From a virus, in the IMG/VR virus record IMGVR_UViG_3300036772_000425, positions 266,924 through 330,923 of that record: DNA of 64,000 nucleotides. One strand, written 5' to 3'. A model generated the notes under the pieces. The model was not told where the DNA came from, ran no database searches, and was given only the letters and a program-made list of their open reading frames with translations. Below are positions 55,781 through 64,000 of this stretch, piece after piece. Made by a program: the position numbers and the translations under genes. Position 1 is the first letter of the stretch; each line of letters opens with the position of its first letter.

Positions 55781-57411
55781 CCCATCAACCAGCTGAAGTC
55801 TCCCACGTCACGCAGGAACGGATTGGTCCGCTGGACCTGGGAGGCTTCCTTGGGCCGGAAGACGCTCTCGTTGTAGCCCCTGATGTTAGGGTTGATCAGC
55901 GGTTGAGCCTCGTTGATGTTCCCGGGCATCTGCTCGTTCCGATGAAGGCGGGTCGCTTCCAACATGGCGTACGCCATGAGCTTGGCCTGTTCGCTGATCC
56001 CTTCCCCACCTTCGATCAACCAGCAACCGATCGCCAGGCTCATGATCAGATCGTCGTGGCTATCCTTGCCCGCTGACGGTTTGTTTCCGTTCCACACGAA
56101 GGCCTGAAGTTGGTTGTACAGCCTCTCTGAGTACACGCTCAGTGCCTTGTTCCTGATCAGTTCTTCCAACTTTGCGAGGATCTGCACCCTTGATTTCTGG
56201 TTGGTCGGGAACCCAGGAAGCTCGTTGGGATCTGTTGGGATGTAGTTGAAAGGATCGCCCTTGTTCTTGTCGTAGTACAGCTTCTTGTACGAGTGCACAT
56301 CTCGAAGCTTGGTGTTGACGAAGTACCCGAAGGTGTTGTTCTCAGGCACAAGCAGGGCACCGTTGTACCGCTGTCCCCATTCTGCAAGCATGTCTGCAAG
56401 CTTCTCGGGTGGCACCTTGCCCATGTACTCGGCCACCACCTCGCACGTGCTAGCATCGATGACATGGAACGCAGAGTAGTCGGCAGCATCACCACGGGCA
56501 ACGTCAGCAGACACCACGTATGTGTGCCCTGCGTTCGGGTGTTCCCAGATCCAGATGTTCCTGTCGTGACCCTGCTTGTCGATCGGTTCCTGGATCTTTG
56601 TTCGAAGATCCTCAAGGTCGCTCGGTTGCAGGAAGGTATCACCTGATGATATGAAGTCGCAGAGGTACTCCTGGCTGGCCCGTTTCCGGGACAAGGACTT
56701 CGTTTCCTTGACGAACCAGGCATCATCGTGCTCGGGATGGACGGTCCAGGGCAGTTTGATGCAGTTGAAATCGTTCTGCCCGGCCTGTGCTTGGGTCCAC
56801 AGACGGTAGTACTGCCCACCGACACCCTTGGGCGTGGACAAAACGATGCAGTCTCCTCCGGTGGAGATGGTCGGAGCCAGACCTGTCCAGATCTCATCGA
56901 AATTGTGGATGATGGCAGCCTCATCGACCACCAGCAGCGACAGGGCTTCAGAACGACCAGCATCGTCAGAAGTTGGCACAGCAACGATCTGCGATCCGTT
57001 ATCGAACGAAACTGCCTGCTTCGTCGGTTCGAACTTGGTGAGCAAGAGCCAGGGCGGCAGGCCCAACAGGGCAACCTTGACCTTCTTGATCATGTTCATC
57101 GCCGTGGGCAGCTTGGTGGCGATGATCAGAATGTTCTTGTCCTTGTGAAAGATCGCCATCCAGGTGACGTACGCGGCGCACAGGGTGGACAGGCCCAGCT
57201 GCCGAGATTTCAGGATGATGTTGTGACGATTGTCCTTGAACTGCTGGACACAATCATCCTGGAATGGGTACGTTTCGAAGGGGATGGTGCCGCGCGTCGG
57301 GTGCTGGATCTTGACGTAGTTCTTGATGAAATAGACAGGATCTTTGCCGCACTTGATGATCTCTTCAACCTGCTGGGCACGGCTGAGGAGGTTGGTCGGT
57401 TTGTTCCGCAT
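55777..57411 (-). CDS. Terminase large subunit (gp17-like)
   Basis: 544 aa. Walker A ILKSRQLGLST, Walker B LLVVDEAA. C-terminal nuclease-domain acidic residues. ATG start. Confidence 0.85.
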   Translation of the reverse strand: MRNKPTNLLSRAQQVEEIIKCGKDPVYFIKNYVKIQHPTRGTIPFETYPFQDDCVQQFKDNRHNIILKSRQLGLSTLCAAYVTWMAIFHKDKNILIIATKLPTAMNMIKKVKVALLGLPPWLLLTKFEPTKQAVSFDNGSQIVAVPTSDDAGRSEALSLLVVDEAAIIHNFDEIWTGLAPTISTGGDCIVLSTPKGVGGQYYRLWTQAQAGQNDFNCIKLPWTVHPEHDDAWFVKETKSLSRKRASQEYLCDFISSGDTFLQPSDLEDLRTKIQEPIDKQGHDRNIWIWEHPNAGHTYVVSADVARGDAADYSAFHVIDASTCEVVAEYMGKVPPEKLADMLAEWGQRYNGALLVPENNTFGYFVNTKLRDVHSYKKLYYDKNKGDPFNYIPTDPNELPGFPTNQKSRVQILAKLEELIRNKALSVYSERLYNQLQAFVWNGNKPSAGKDSHDDLIMSLAIGCWLIEGGEGISEQAKLMAYAMLEATRLHRNEQMPGNINEAQPLINPNIRGYNESVFRPKEASQVQRTNPFLRDVGDFSWLMG

Positions 57412-57412
57412 C

Positions 57413-57793
57413 TCAACCGATCTCGTAGACGGTACGGCGGCGGAAGTACGCTGTGCGGCGCGGGTTGTGCACCGCGAAGTTGATGATCTCCAGGCTGTCC
57501 GTCGTGCTCACCTGCTTGGAGCTCAACGATTCGCCAGAAAGTTCACGGTAGTTGGCCTTGACCGCCTTCAAGACCTCGGCTGTGATTGATTCGGACTCCT
57601 CTGAGTACCGGCGCTTCATCTCAATCATCTGCCGCTCGGTACCGAAGTTGACCACGGCCTGGTAGGAGGCCAGCAATCGATCGGGACCGAGCATGCTCAG
57701 CTTGACAGAATAGCTGGCGGTTTTGGGGGTCGACGATCGACCCCACGTCGTGTCGATCGCCTGGCCCAGGGCGTTGAAATCAATGTCTGACAT
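57413..57793 (-). CDS. Candidate terminase small subunit (126 aa)
   Basis: Immediately upstream of, and translationally coupled to, TerL (1-nt gap). Preceded by CATAGTTAGACGTGGAGACACGTCAAC-ATG. No HTH recognised, so the call is positional only. Confidence 0.35.
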   Translation of the reverse strand: MSDIDFNALGQAIDTTWGRSSTPKTASYSVKLSMLGPDRLLASYQAVVNFGTERQMIEMKRRYSEESESITAEVLKAVKANYRELSGESLSSKQVSTTDSLEIINFAVHNPRRTAYFRRRTVYEIG

Positions 57794-57827
57794 GTTGACG
57801 TGTCTCCACGTCTAACTATGGCAGACA

Positions 57828-58130
57828 TCAATCGCCGTGTAGAACCAATGCTATGGGCGCTCGATCAACCTCTGCTCCGGCGATCTGCTCGGGGGTGGGT
57901 CTCCACCCGTTTGACCATGCTTCCCGACGCGGATGGGCCCACAGCATGGCGCAGCGGTAGCAACACCCAAATCCAAGGTACGATCTTTCATCATCGTCGG
58001 ACCTCATCAGGTAGGTGCACAGTGGGCAAGAAAGCGGAACAGGAGGTTCGGCATCGATGGGGACGATGACAGAAAAACCCTCGGGTCGATCCTCGATCAG
58101 TCTGCCGTTCAAGTAGGGTCGAAATGCCAT
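57828..58130 (-). CDS. Hypothetical Cys-rich protein (100 aa)
   Basis: CPLC...GCCYRC motif. Abuts the Rad50-like gene's stop. Confidence 0.4.
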   Translation of the reverse strand: MAFRPYLNGRLIEDRPEGFSVIVPIDAEPPVPLSCPLCTYLMRSDDDERSYLGFGCCYRCAMLWAHPRREAWSNGWRPTPEQIAGAEVDRAPIALVLHGD

Positions 58131-58131
58131 C

Positions 58132-60750
58132 TCAACCTTCGTTCACGACCCTGTCAGTGGGTTTGCTTTCGTTGAAAACAACGAGGGCATCGCTCTCGTT
58201 CTTCATCACCTCAATGACATGATCGGCCACATCTTTCACACCATCCACGTGCGTGATGACGATGATGGTTCGAAAGTACCGCTTCAATGAGATCAACAGA
58301 CGATTACATGCCTCGACGGAGGCTGGATCCAACGGACCGAAGCTCTCATCGATGATGAGCATGTCGGTCTTGGGCAGGGATGATACGTTGATCAGCGCAA
58401 CCCGAATCGCGATCGCAGCGATCGTCTTCTCCATCCCCGAACCCAGCTCGATGATCCGTCGACTGTCACCGTAGTCGATGTAGATCTCCATGGAATCGCT
58501 GTCGTCATCCTGCTCCAGTTCAACAGTGAAGTTAACGATCCCGCTCAGGATCTTAGCAACCTCTGAGTTGATGACTGGCAGTTGGGAGGAGACGATCATG
58601 CTCGGAACCCCCTTGCGGGAGAAAGCCTGAGCAATCAGTTCATGTACCTTCATCAGGTGCAGCACCTCGGCACGGCGATCTTTCTCAGAATCGAGCTTGA
58701 CCATGTCGGAGGTGTACCGCCCGACCGAGGCAGCAAGTTCCAATCGATCAGCGTTGAGGTCTTTGGTGAGCTGCTGGACTTCATTCAAGGAGTTCCGGAT
58801 GGTGACAGCCTCTACGTTTTCATCATTCTTGAGTGCCTCCTCCAGACCAGCCAGCAGCTTCTGAGCATCAACCAGCTTGGTCTGCTCTGGCTCCAGCCCC
58901 CGCTCCTTACGATCGATGGAAACGAGAAGTTGGCTCAGCTCGCCCTGCAGTGATACTCGACGAGCAGCCAACTTCTCGAGCTTGTCGATACGGCCTCGGA
59001 GATCTTCCTTCTTCAACTCTTCCAGCTGTTCGCCGGCCTTCTGCAGCTTACCGTGTGCCTTGGTTACCCGAACCCTCTGAGGATCGACCTTCTCACGTTG
59101 CTTGAATGCATCCTTGATGAACTTGCACCCAGGGAAGGTATCACCGCACGGAACCTCCTCAAGGATCTTGAGGGCGCGTTCCTTCTGTTTCAAGGAATCA
59201 GCTTCCCGTTCGTGCAGCAGGTTCAAGGTTTCGTAGGTCGACTCCAGGTTGATGAGAACCTCGAGCTTCTTCTTCAGTTCATCAAGATCGTTGGATCGGA
59301 ACACGCTGTCGAGCTTGGACAGTTTTTCCTCCCGATCAGAGCGATCTGCCTGAGCGTCTGAAAGCTCAGTCTCAAGATCGGAGACTGTCTGCTGCAGCGT
59401 CTCGATCCATTTTCGCTGTTGAACAACCTGACTTTGCGTGACGGGACTGAAATCCTTGAACACATCGAGCTGCCTACGCAGGTCATTCAACCGGAGGTTC
59501 GCGTCGTTGAGTTGGTGATCCTTTGTCTCGATCTGGGCACGCAGTTCTGCCAGCTTCTTGGCACAGTCATCGATCAGGGTACGGTAGTCCTTGTCGGGTA
59601 GGGCACGCAGTGAACCCTTGCCGAGGTTGACATCGACCTTTGCCTGCTCGAACATCCGGTCGAAGATGTCGAGATCGAGGAACCTAGACAGATCCTTGCG
59701 TCGTTTTGTGGTGCCCTGGTTGATGAACATCTTCACATCATCCTGAGCAGCGACGGAGGTCATCAGGCAATCCTCTGCGGTGCCGAGCAACCCCCTGATC
59801 ACCTTCTCGGTATCGTTCCGTTGTTCCCCGCCCAGATCCTCTGCCTCACCCTGCTCGTTGATCCTGAAAACGTTGAGGGAGGTACCTGCGTACACCTGCG
59901 CACGCTTGGTTTCGTACCTGACAGTCTGCCGCTCGATGACGTAGTTCACTCCTGATACGTTGACAATTGCCTTGGTGTAGCAGTGCGGATGCCGGACATT
60001 GATGACATGCAGGTTCTTGACGTTGCCACGATCGGTGGTGTTGAACAGGGCGTACATGGCAGTGCCGACGATGGACGATTTTCCGGCACGGTTCGGACCA
60101 AAGATCCCAACGATACCATGCAGCTGCTCGAAGTTGATGACATTGCCCGAACCGTACGTAAACGTATTGTCGAACTGCAGGTGCCTGAGCGACCACTTCG
60201 TGTTCCTGATGATCTCATCGTTACCGAGAGAGCTCTGCAGGTACACGCTCACCTGTTCACGGATCGCATCCCACTCTACGTCATCCAGCTTCAGATCGCG
60301 ATGATAGTCCCTCAACAGCCTGACCAACACCTCCGGATTTCGCAGGTCTTCCTTGGCGAGCGTTGCGCCACCGGTGGTGGTGATCAGATCCCGACGGATC
60401 TGTTGATCGTTCTTGAACGTAACCTCCGCCGCCATCATCTCGGATCGCAACCTCGACGTCAGCTGGATGACCTCCTTCTGCGTAAGGGTATCCTTGGTGC
60501 GGATCCGGAACCTAGCCCCCCGTGGGTGCGCCAGAGCGCCAGAGACAGTTGCATCGACAGAGCCCTTCCATTCGATGGTGATGAATGGACACGGGTTCGG
60601 CAGGTCGACGAAACGTACGTCAAAACTGTCACGATCCTGGATGTCCCAGAGCAGAAACCCGTGGGTGAGATCCTCTGCGTAGTTCTGCTGGACAGTGGAC
60701 CCAGGGTACCCTATCCAGGGTCGCTGTGCCTTGATCTTGATGGTGCTCAC
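58132..60750 (-). CDS. Mre11 capping-domain :: Rad50/SbcC (gp46-like) fusion ATPase
   Basis: Proposed GTG start overlapping the TGA of the upstream small ORF (GTGA). The first ~190 aa (STIKIKAQRPWIGYPGSTVQQNYAEDL...FITIEWKG) parallel the SbcD segment after motif V (VRYCGSPIPLSFDE...). They are followed by Rad50 Walker A GIVGIFGPNRAGKSS, a long coiled coil with hook-like PCGDTFPGC, signature LGSGMEKTIAAIAIRVAL and Walker B LIIDESFGPLD. The 46 N-terminal aa of ORF 58132..60885 look out-of-frame (G/R/P-rich). Confidence 0.75.
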   Translation of the reverse strand: MSTIKIKAQRPWIGYPGSTVQQNYAEDLTHGFLLWDIQDRDSFDVRFVDLPNPCPFITIEWKGSVDATVSGALAHPRGARFRIRTKDTLTQKEVIQLTSRLRSEMMAAEVTFKNDQQIRRDLITTTGGATLAKEDLRNPEVLVRLLRDYHRDLKLDDVEWDAIREQVSVYLQSSLGNDEIIRNTKWSLRHLQFDNTFTYGSGNVINFEQLHGIVGIFGPNRAGKSSIVGTAMYALFNTTDRGNVKNLHVINVRHPHCYTKAIVNVSGVNYVIERQTVRYETKRAQVYAGTSLNVFRINEQGEAEDLGGEQRNDTEKVIRGLLGTAEDCLMTSVAAQDDVKMFINQGTTKRRKDLSRFLDLDIFDRMFEQAKVDVNLGKGSLRALPDKDYRTLIDDCAKKLAELRAQIETKDHQLNDANLRLNDLRRQLDVFKDFSPVTQSQVVQQRKWIETLQQTVSDLETELSDAQADRSDREEKLSKLDSVFRSNDLDELKKKLEVLINLESTYETLNLLHEREADSLKQKERALKILEEVPCGDTFPGCKFIKDAFKQREKVDPQRVRVTKAHGKLQKAGEQLEELKKEDLRGRIDKLEKLAARRVSLQGELSQLLVSIDRKERGLEPEQTKLVDAQKLLAGLEEALKNDENVEAVTIRNSLNEVQQLTKDLNADRLELAASVGRYTSDMVKLDSEKDRRAEVLHLMKVHELIAQAFSRKGVPSMIVSSQLPVINSEVAKILSGIVNFTVELEQDDDSDSMEIYIDYGDSRRIIELGSGMEKTIAAIAIRVALINVSSLPKTDMLIIDESFGPLDPASVEACNRLLISLKRYFRTIIVITHVDGVKDVADHVIEVMKNESDALVVFNESKPTDRVVNEG

Positions 60751-61061
60751 TTCTTCACCTGACGGTAGTTCTCCCAGTAGAACTCGCGAGCCTGAGCGAT
60801 CGCTGTTCTCAGATCGGTCTGCCCGTTCTTCAGGATCTGCAGGACCATGTCTAGCGCCCTCTCCGGTTCCAGGTTCAACCAACAAACAAGCGCATGATCA
60901 TGATCGACTTCCTTGCTCGCAAGGGCGCCGATCTGATACCGTTCTTCAGCGATGAACCTGACAAGCTCAGGATCCTTGATGCAATCCTTGCAAAGTCCGG
61001 TCATACCGACTGACGGCCAACCCGTACAATCCTTGATGAAGCAACCCGGCCAACCCATCAA
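60747..61061 (-). CDS. Small zinc-finger ORF inserted within the mre11 coding region (104 aa)
   Basis: CFIKDC...CKDC Cys pairs. ATGA overlap with the Mre11-N stop and GTGA overlap with the downstream start. Flanked by a diverged ~60-nt duplication of mre11 sequence. Confidence 0.5.
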   Translation of the reverse strand: MMGWPGCFIKDCTGWPSVGMTGLCKDCIKDPELVRFIAEERYQIGALASKEVDHDHALVCWLNLEPERALDMVLQILKNGQTDLRTAIAQAREFYWENYRQVKK

Positions 61062-61711
61062 CCCTCCTCCCTGGACACGATCTCAGCTCCTGGGTACCTC
61101 GCAAGGTCTGACTCATCGATACTGATCGTTGATTCGCGGCCCGAGAGGTACTGCATCTTGTGGATGTCACCCAGGAAGCAGAAATCGAATTTCTTGAATG
61201 AATCCACCGTCAGGCCTTCCTCGATCAACCAATCCGTCAGAGCACCGAAGACTGGACCGTGGTAGCACGCGATGTTGACCTTGCCGGGGCTGGGTTCAAC
61301 GTTCTTCCAACCTTCCTCGTCGAAGAGGCTGAAAACACACCACGTGTAACCAGGAGCGAATTCGTACACCCCGCTCTTCTTGTACAGATGAACGTTTGGA
61401 TGTCCCAACGCGGCGACGATGGGTGACACGGCGTCCTGCCGCGACAGGTTGGTCAGGTTTCCATCATGGTTTCCCAGGATGAGGTGCACCTGTGCCACTG
61501 ACGCCATCTCCTGCAACCACCAGCTCATCTGCTGAATGTACTCAGGAGATAGGCCGGTCGTCTTGGTGTGGAAGATGTCCCCGCCCACGAAGACATGCTC
61601 AACGTGCAGTTCCCTGGTCCGGGACACGAAGGCCTGGAACACTTCTCTGTACTCGTTGTGCCTGCTCAGGCCGCGCCAGTGGACGTCTGCAATGTGTGCG
61701 ATCCTAAGCAT
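61058..61711 (-). CDS. Mre11/SbcD (gp47-like) nuclease, N-terminal phosphoesterase domain only
   Basis: 217 aa with all five calcineurin-like motifs: IADVHW (I), GGDIFH (II), LGNHD (III), CYHG (IV), FLGDIHKMQ (V; compare SbcD ALGHIHRAQ). Terminates about 30 aa after motif V. Confidence 0.8.
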   Translation of the reverse strand: MLRIAHIADVHWRGLSRHNEYREVFQAFVSRTRELHVEHVFVGGDIFHTKTTGLSPEYIQQMSWWLQEMASVAQVHLILGNHDGNLTNLSRQDAVSPIVAALGHPNVHLYKKSGVYEFAPGYTWCVFSLFDEEGWKNVEPSPGKVNIACYHGPVFGALTDWLIEEGLTVDSFKKFDFCFLGDIHKMQYLSGRESTISIDESDLARYPGAEIVSREEG

Positions 61712-62777
61712 CTGTCCTTCGGTTCACAGTACTGCGTTTGTTCGAACTGTACAAGAACGGTACTGTCGAACCCAGATGAACCTGAGCGGCACGTTCGAGC
61801 CGGGCCTTGATGTCCTGCATCCAATCGAACTTGGCCGCGTTCGATTTTGCGACCATGAAATCTGATTTCGACATAGCTCCCGGATCGTCGGGCACGTAGA
61901 CGATAGAAACATCGACCGCGTATTCCTCCAACCTCTTGGCGATCAGGGGAACCTTCGATTCCCGCATGTCAGCGTCCAACGCTAGGAAGACGGGGGTGGA
62001 GTTTGCGACGATGCAGTTGAAGAGCGCCGAACCGACGCGGAGGTCGCTGCCCAACAGGGGCACAGCATTGTCACCCGCCTTGAACATGTCGAAGACGCCC
62101 TCGCACAGGGTGACGCTGCGCTTCCAGTCTACATTGATCTCGTTGAAGATGACCTTATCACGGTCACCGTCTGGCGCATCGTACCTGGGTTTCCGTCCCC
62201 GATCGATGGCACGTGCAATGAAGTGGTTCACCTCCCCTTGGGCATCGAAGGATGGAATGATCGCCCTCCGCACCCACCGTGGGTCATTGCTGACACCAAT
62301 CCGGTACCGCCACAGGTCCCCCATGTCCAGTCCCCGGTCGACGAGCAGGTAGCGCTTGACAGCAAGCGCGTCCGGATCTGTTGTTCCGACGCACAGCAAC
62401 CTGAAATCATCGGGCAACCTCAACCTCTCCTTGACATGCTCAACATCATCAAAGAACCGGCGCGCCTTCATGGCATCGGGCAGCACCCGATCCCTGAACT
62501 CCAGCAGCAGTTCTCGTCCGAAATGATCAGCAAGGATGGTCCACAGTGTCCTGGACCTGTACCCGCATGTCCAGCAGTGGCACGCGAGGCAAACCTGCTC
62601 CTCCTCGCCCTTCTTGTTGACGATCGTCTCATCCGTCAGGATCGACAGCTTTAGCTTCATCCTGTCCGTGGGAGCGCAGATCGGGCACCTCACGTCCACG
62701 TTCCGACCATCACGTGAGGTGCGAAACTGACCGAACACCCGATTGATGAAATTCAGCTTGTCGGACAGGCTGAGCAC
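61704..62777 (-). CDS. DNA primase (gp61/DnaG-like: zinc ribbon + TOPRIM)
   Basis: 357 aa. N-terminal CPICAP...CLACHCWTCG zinc-binding domain. Central acidic TOPRIM-like region. Overlaps the mre11 start by 8 nt. Confidence 0.75.
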   Translation of the reverse strand: MLSLSDKLNFINRVFGQFRTSRDGRNVDVRCPICAPTDRMKLKLSILTDETIVNKKGEEEQVCLACHCWTCGYRSRTLWTILADHFGRELLLEFRDRVLPDAMKARRFFDDVEHVKERLRLPDDFRLLCVGTTDPDALAVKRYLLVDRGLDMGDLWRYRIGVSNDPRWVRRAIIPSFDAQGEVNHFIARAIDRGRKPRYDAPDGDRDKVIFNEINVDWKRSVTLCEGVFDMFKAGDNAVPLLGSDLRVGSALFNCIVANSTPVFLALDADMRESKVPLIAKRLEEYAVDVSIVYVPDDPGAMSKSDFMVAKSNAAKFDWMQDIKARLERAAQVHLGSTVPFLYSSNKRSTVNRRTDA

Positions 62778-62789
62778 ACCACCAAGGTA

Positions 62790-63410
62790 CTACGGAGCCT
62801 TGTTCTTGGACTTGCGTACCTTCGGAGCGGGAACGGAGGCAGTACCCTGGACGACAGCGGCACGGGCGATCACGTAGGCATCGGTGGCGTCCCTGGACCA
62901 GTCAACCTCGGCGCCGTTCTTCTTCCTGTCCCACACAACATGCTTCAGGTCGTGTTCCTTCATGTGCTTGAAGACCTGTTCCTTCTGGGACATGCCCGCC
63001 GCGGCTGTCCTCTGCATCTTCATCCCACACAGCTTACGAGCATGTGCAGATCCGATGTACTCAGGTTCGCAGCCTAGCTGCGATCGGGCGATGTAGCTGA
63101 CGATCCCATTGAAACGCATCAGCTGGGTGATGGTCTGCGCGCTCGACATCCCTGTCCGGAACCCCATCAAGGGTTCCTCCACGACCACCCGACCGATGCG
63201 CCGGGAACCTAGGGCTGCGTGGTCACCGTCCAGTTCTCGCAACCGAACTGCGACCGCATCGGCCTTCTCCCACAGGGTACCGCAGCCCTTGAACTCGATC
63301 CTGTCGAGCAGGAGGATCTGGGAACCCTGCTCGTCTGGCATCGCCTCAGAATCGACCACACAGATCCCTGTCACCGAGGTGCTGACGTCCAAACCAAGAA
63401 CGATGGTCAT
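62790..63410 (-). CDS. RuvC-family Holliday junction resolvase
   Basis: Start at MTIVLGLDVSTSVTGICVVD (compare E. coli RuvC ILGIDPGSRVTGYGV). Acidic catalytic residues EEP and DATDAYVIA (compare RuvC DAADALAIA). Confidence 0.65.
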   Translation of the reverse strand: MTIVLGLDVSTSVTGICVVDSEAMPDEQGSQILLLDRIEFKGCGTLWEKADAVAVRLRELDGDHAALGSRRIGRVVVEEPLMGFRTGMSSAQTITQLMRFNGIVSYIARSQLGCEPEYIGSAHARKLCGMKMQRTAAAGMSQKEQVFKHMKEHDLKHVVWDRKKNGAEVDWSRDATDAYVIARAAVVQGTASVPAPKVRKSKNKAP

Positions 63411-63448
63411 GGTGGATGGTGGTCCCCGATTGACCCACGTAAACTCGC

Positions 63449-63850
63449 TCAGAGCAACCGTAGACCTTTCAGTTCCTTTTCCGTGATAATCACCAGGGTG
63501 GCACCGTTGGTCCTGCACCATCCTTCTGCGGCCGCCAGTTTCTTTTTCACGATGGTCTGGACCAAACGCTTCGAGGGCTTGATCTCGACGAGGACCAGGG
63601 TCCCATCCACGTGGGTGATCAGGATGTCAGGGTAGTACGTCCGGACCCTCCCTGTCCGAGAGTTGCTCACGTACGGGATCTTCACTGATTCGTAGGAGTA
63701 GCTGGCCACGCTAGGGTCAGCGTCGAGGTACTGCATGTACTTCAGCTCCCAACCCGACCGGTAGCTGCATTCACCGACCAGCTTCGGCGAAGTGTGTTCA
63801 CCGGTGTGGTAGCGTTTCTTGCGCCGCCTTTTCTTCTTGGGGATCAGCAT
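63449..63850 (-). CDS. PD-(D/E)xK-type nuclease-fold protein (hypothetical, 133 aa)
   Basis: Basic N-terminus KKKRRRKKR, then YYPDILITHVDGTLVLVEIKPSK resembling a D...(D/E)xK catalytic motif. Confidence 0.4.
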   Translation of the reverse strand: MLIPKKKRRRKKRYHTGEHTSPKLVGECSYRSGWELKYMQYLDADPSVASYSYESVKIPYVSNSRTGRVRTYYPDILITHVDGTLVLVEIKPSKRLVQTIVKKKLAAAEGWCRTNGATLVIITEKELKGLRLL

Positions 63851-64000
63851 CTATGAACTTGAGTGATTGGCAAAATTAGAAATCGTACCTGATCTTGAAG
63901 TTCAGTCGATCCCCGTGACGTTTCGCGATCGGTTGTGCCAGCTGGGACTTCATCACCACGTTGAGGTCGGTGTCATGGAAATTGATCCCAGTGATGTAGA

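Noticed and set aside
60751-60885. N-terminal 46 aa of ORF 58132..60885 (MLVEPGTGEGARHGPADPEERADRSENSDRSGSR...)
   Set aside because: G/R/P-rich out-of-frame-looking sequence that overlaps the 104-aa ORF in another frame. The homology to Mre11 begins exactly at the GTG overlapping that ORF's stop, so this extension is an artefact of the longest-ORF call.
60747-61061. Group I intron or intein interpretation of the mre11 interruption
   Set aside because: The insert is a simple protein-coding ORF with ATGA/GTGA coupling to both neighbours. The flanks carry a diverged duplication of coding sequence rather than precise exon junctions. No intein splice motifs are visible. Free-standing insertion/gene splitting is therefore favoured, though RNA data are needed.

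Overview
High-GC (~58-60%) double-stranded DNA phage segment with the core gene set of a distant T4-like myovirus. Almost all genes run on the minus strand (transcribed right to left) and are tightly packed, with many ATGA/GTGA stop-start overlaps. Recognised right to left: RuvC-like resolvase, gp61-like primase, a split Mre11/Rad50 (gp47/gp46-like) module, terminase, portal, prohead protease, scaffold, gp23-like major capsid protein, an accessory island (tmRNA, GIY-YIG homing endonuclease, SAM methyltransferase, signal-peptide SGNH hydrolase), fibre-like proteins, neck proteins, two tandem ~1000-aa tail sheath paralogues, tail tube flanked by two related homing endonucleases, tape measure protein, large baseplate-like proteins with a LysM protein-X homologue, a standalone family-A DNA polymerase domain, an HD hydrolase, gp32-like SSB and a RecA/UvsX-like recombinase. 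The most notable observations are a phage-encoded tmRNA, a dispersed family of at least 8 small proteins sharing a T4-IP-like capsid-targeting N-terminus, mre11 split by an inserted ORF with its capping domain fused to rad50, duplicated oversized sheath genes, and the standalone family-A polymerase domain. All calls are from reading the sequence and the ORF translations; no database searches were run.
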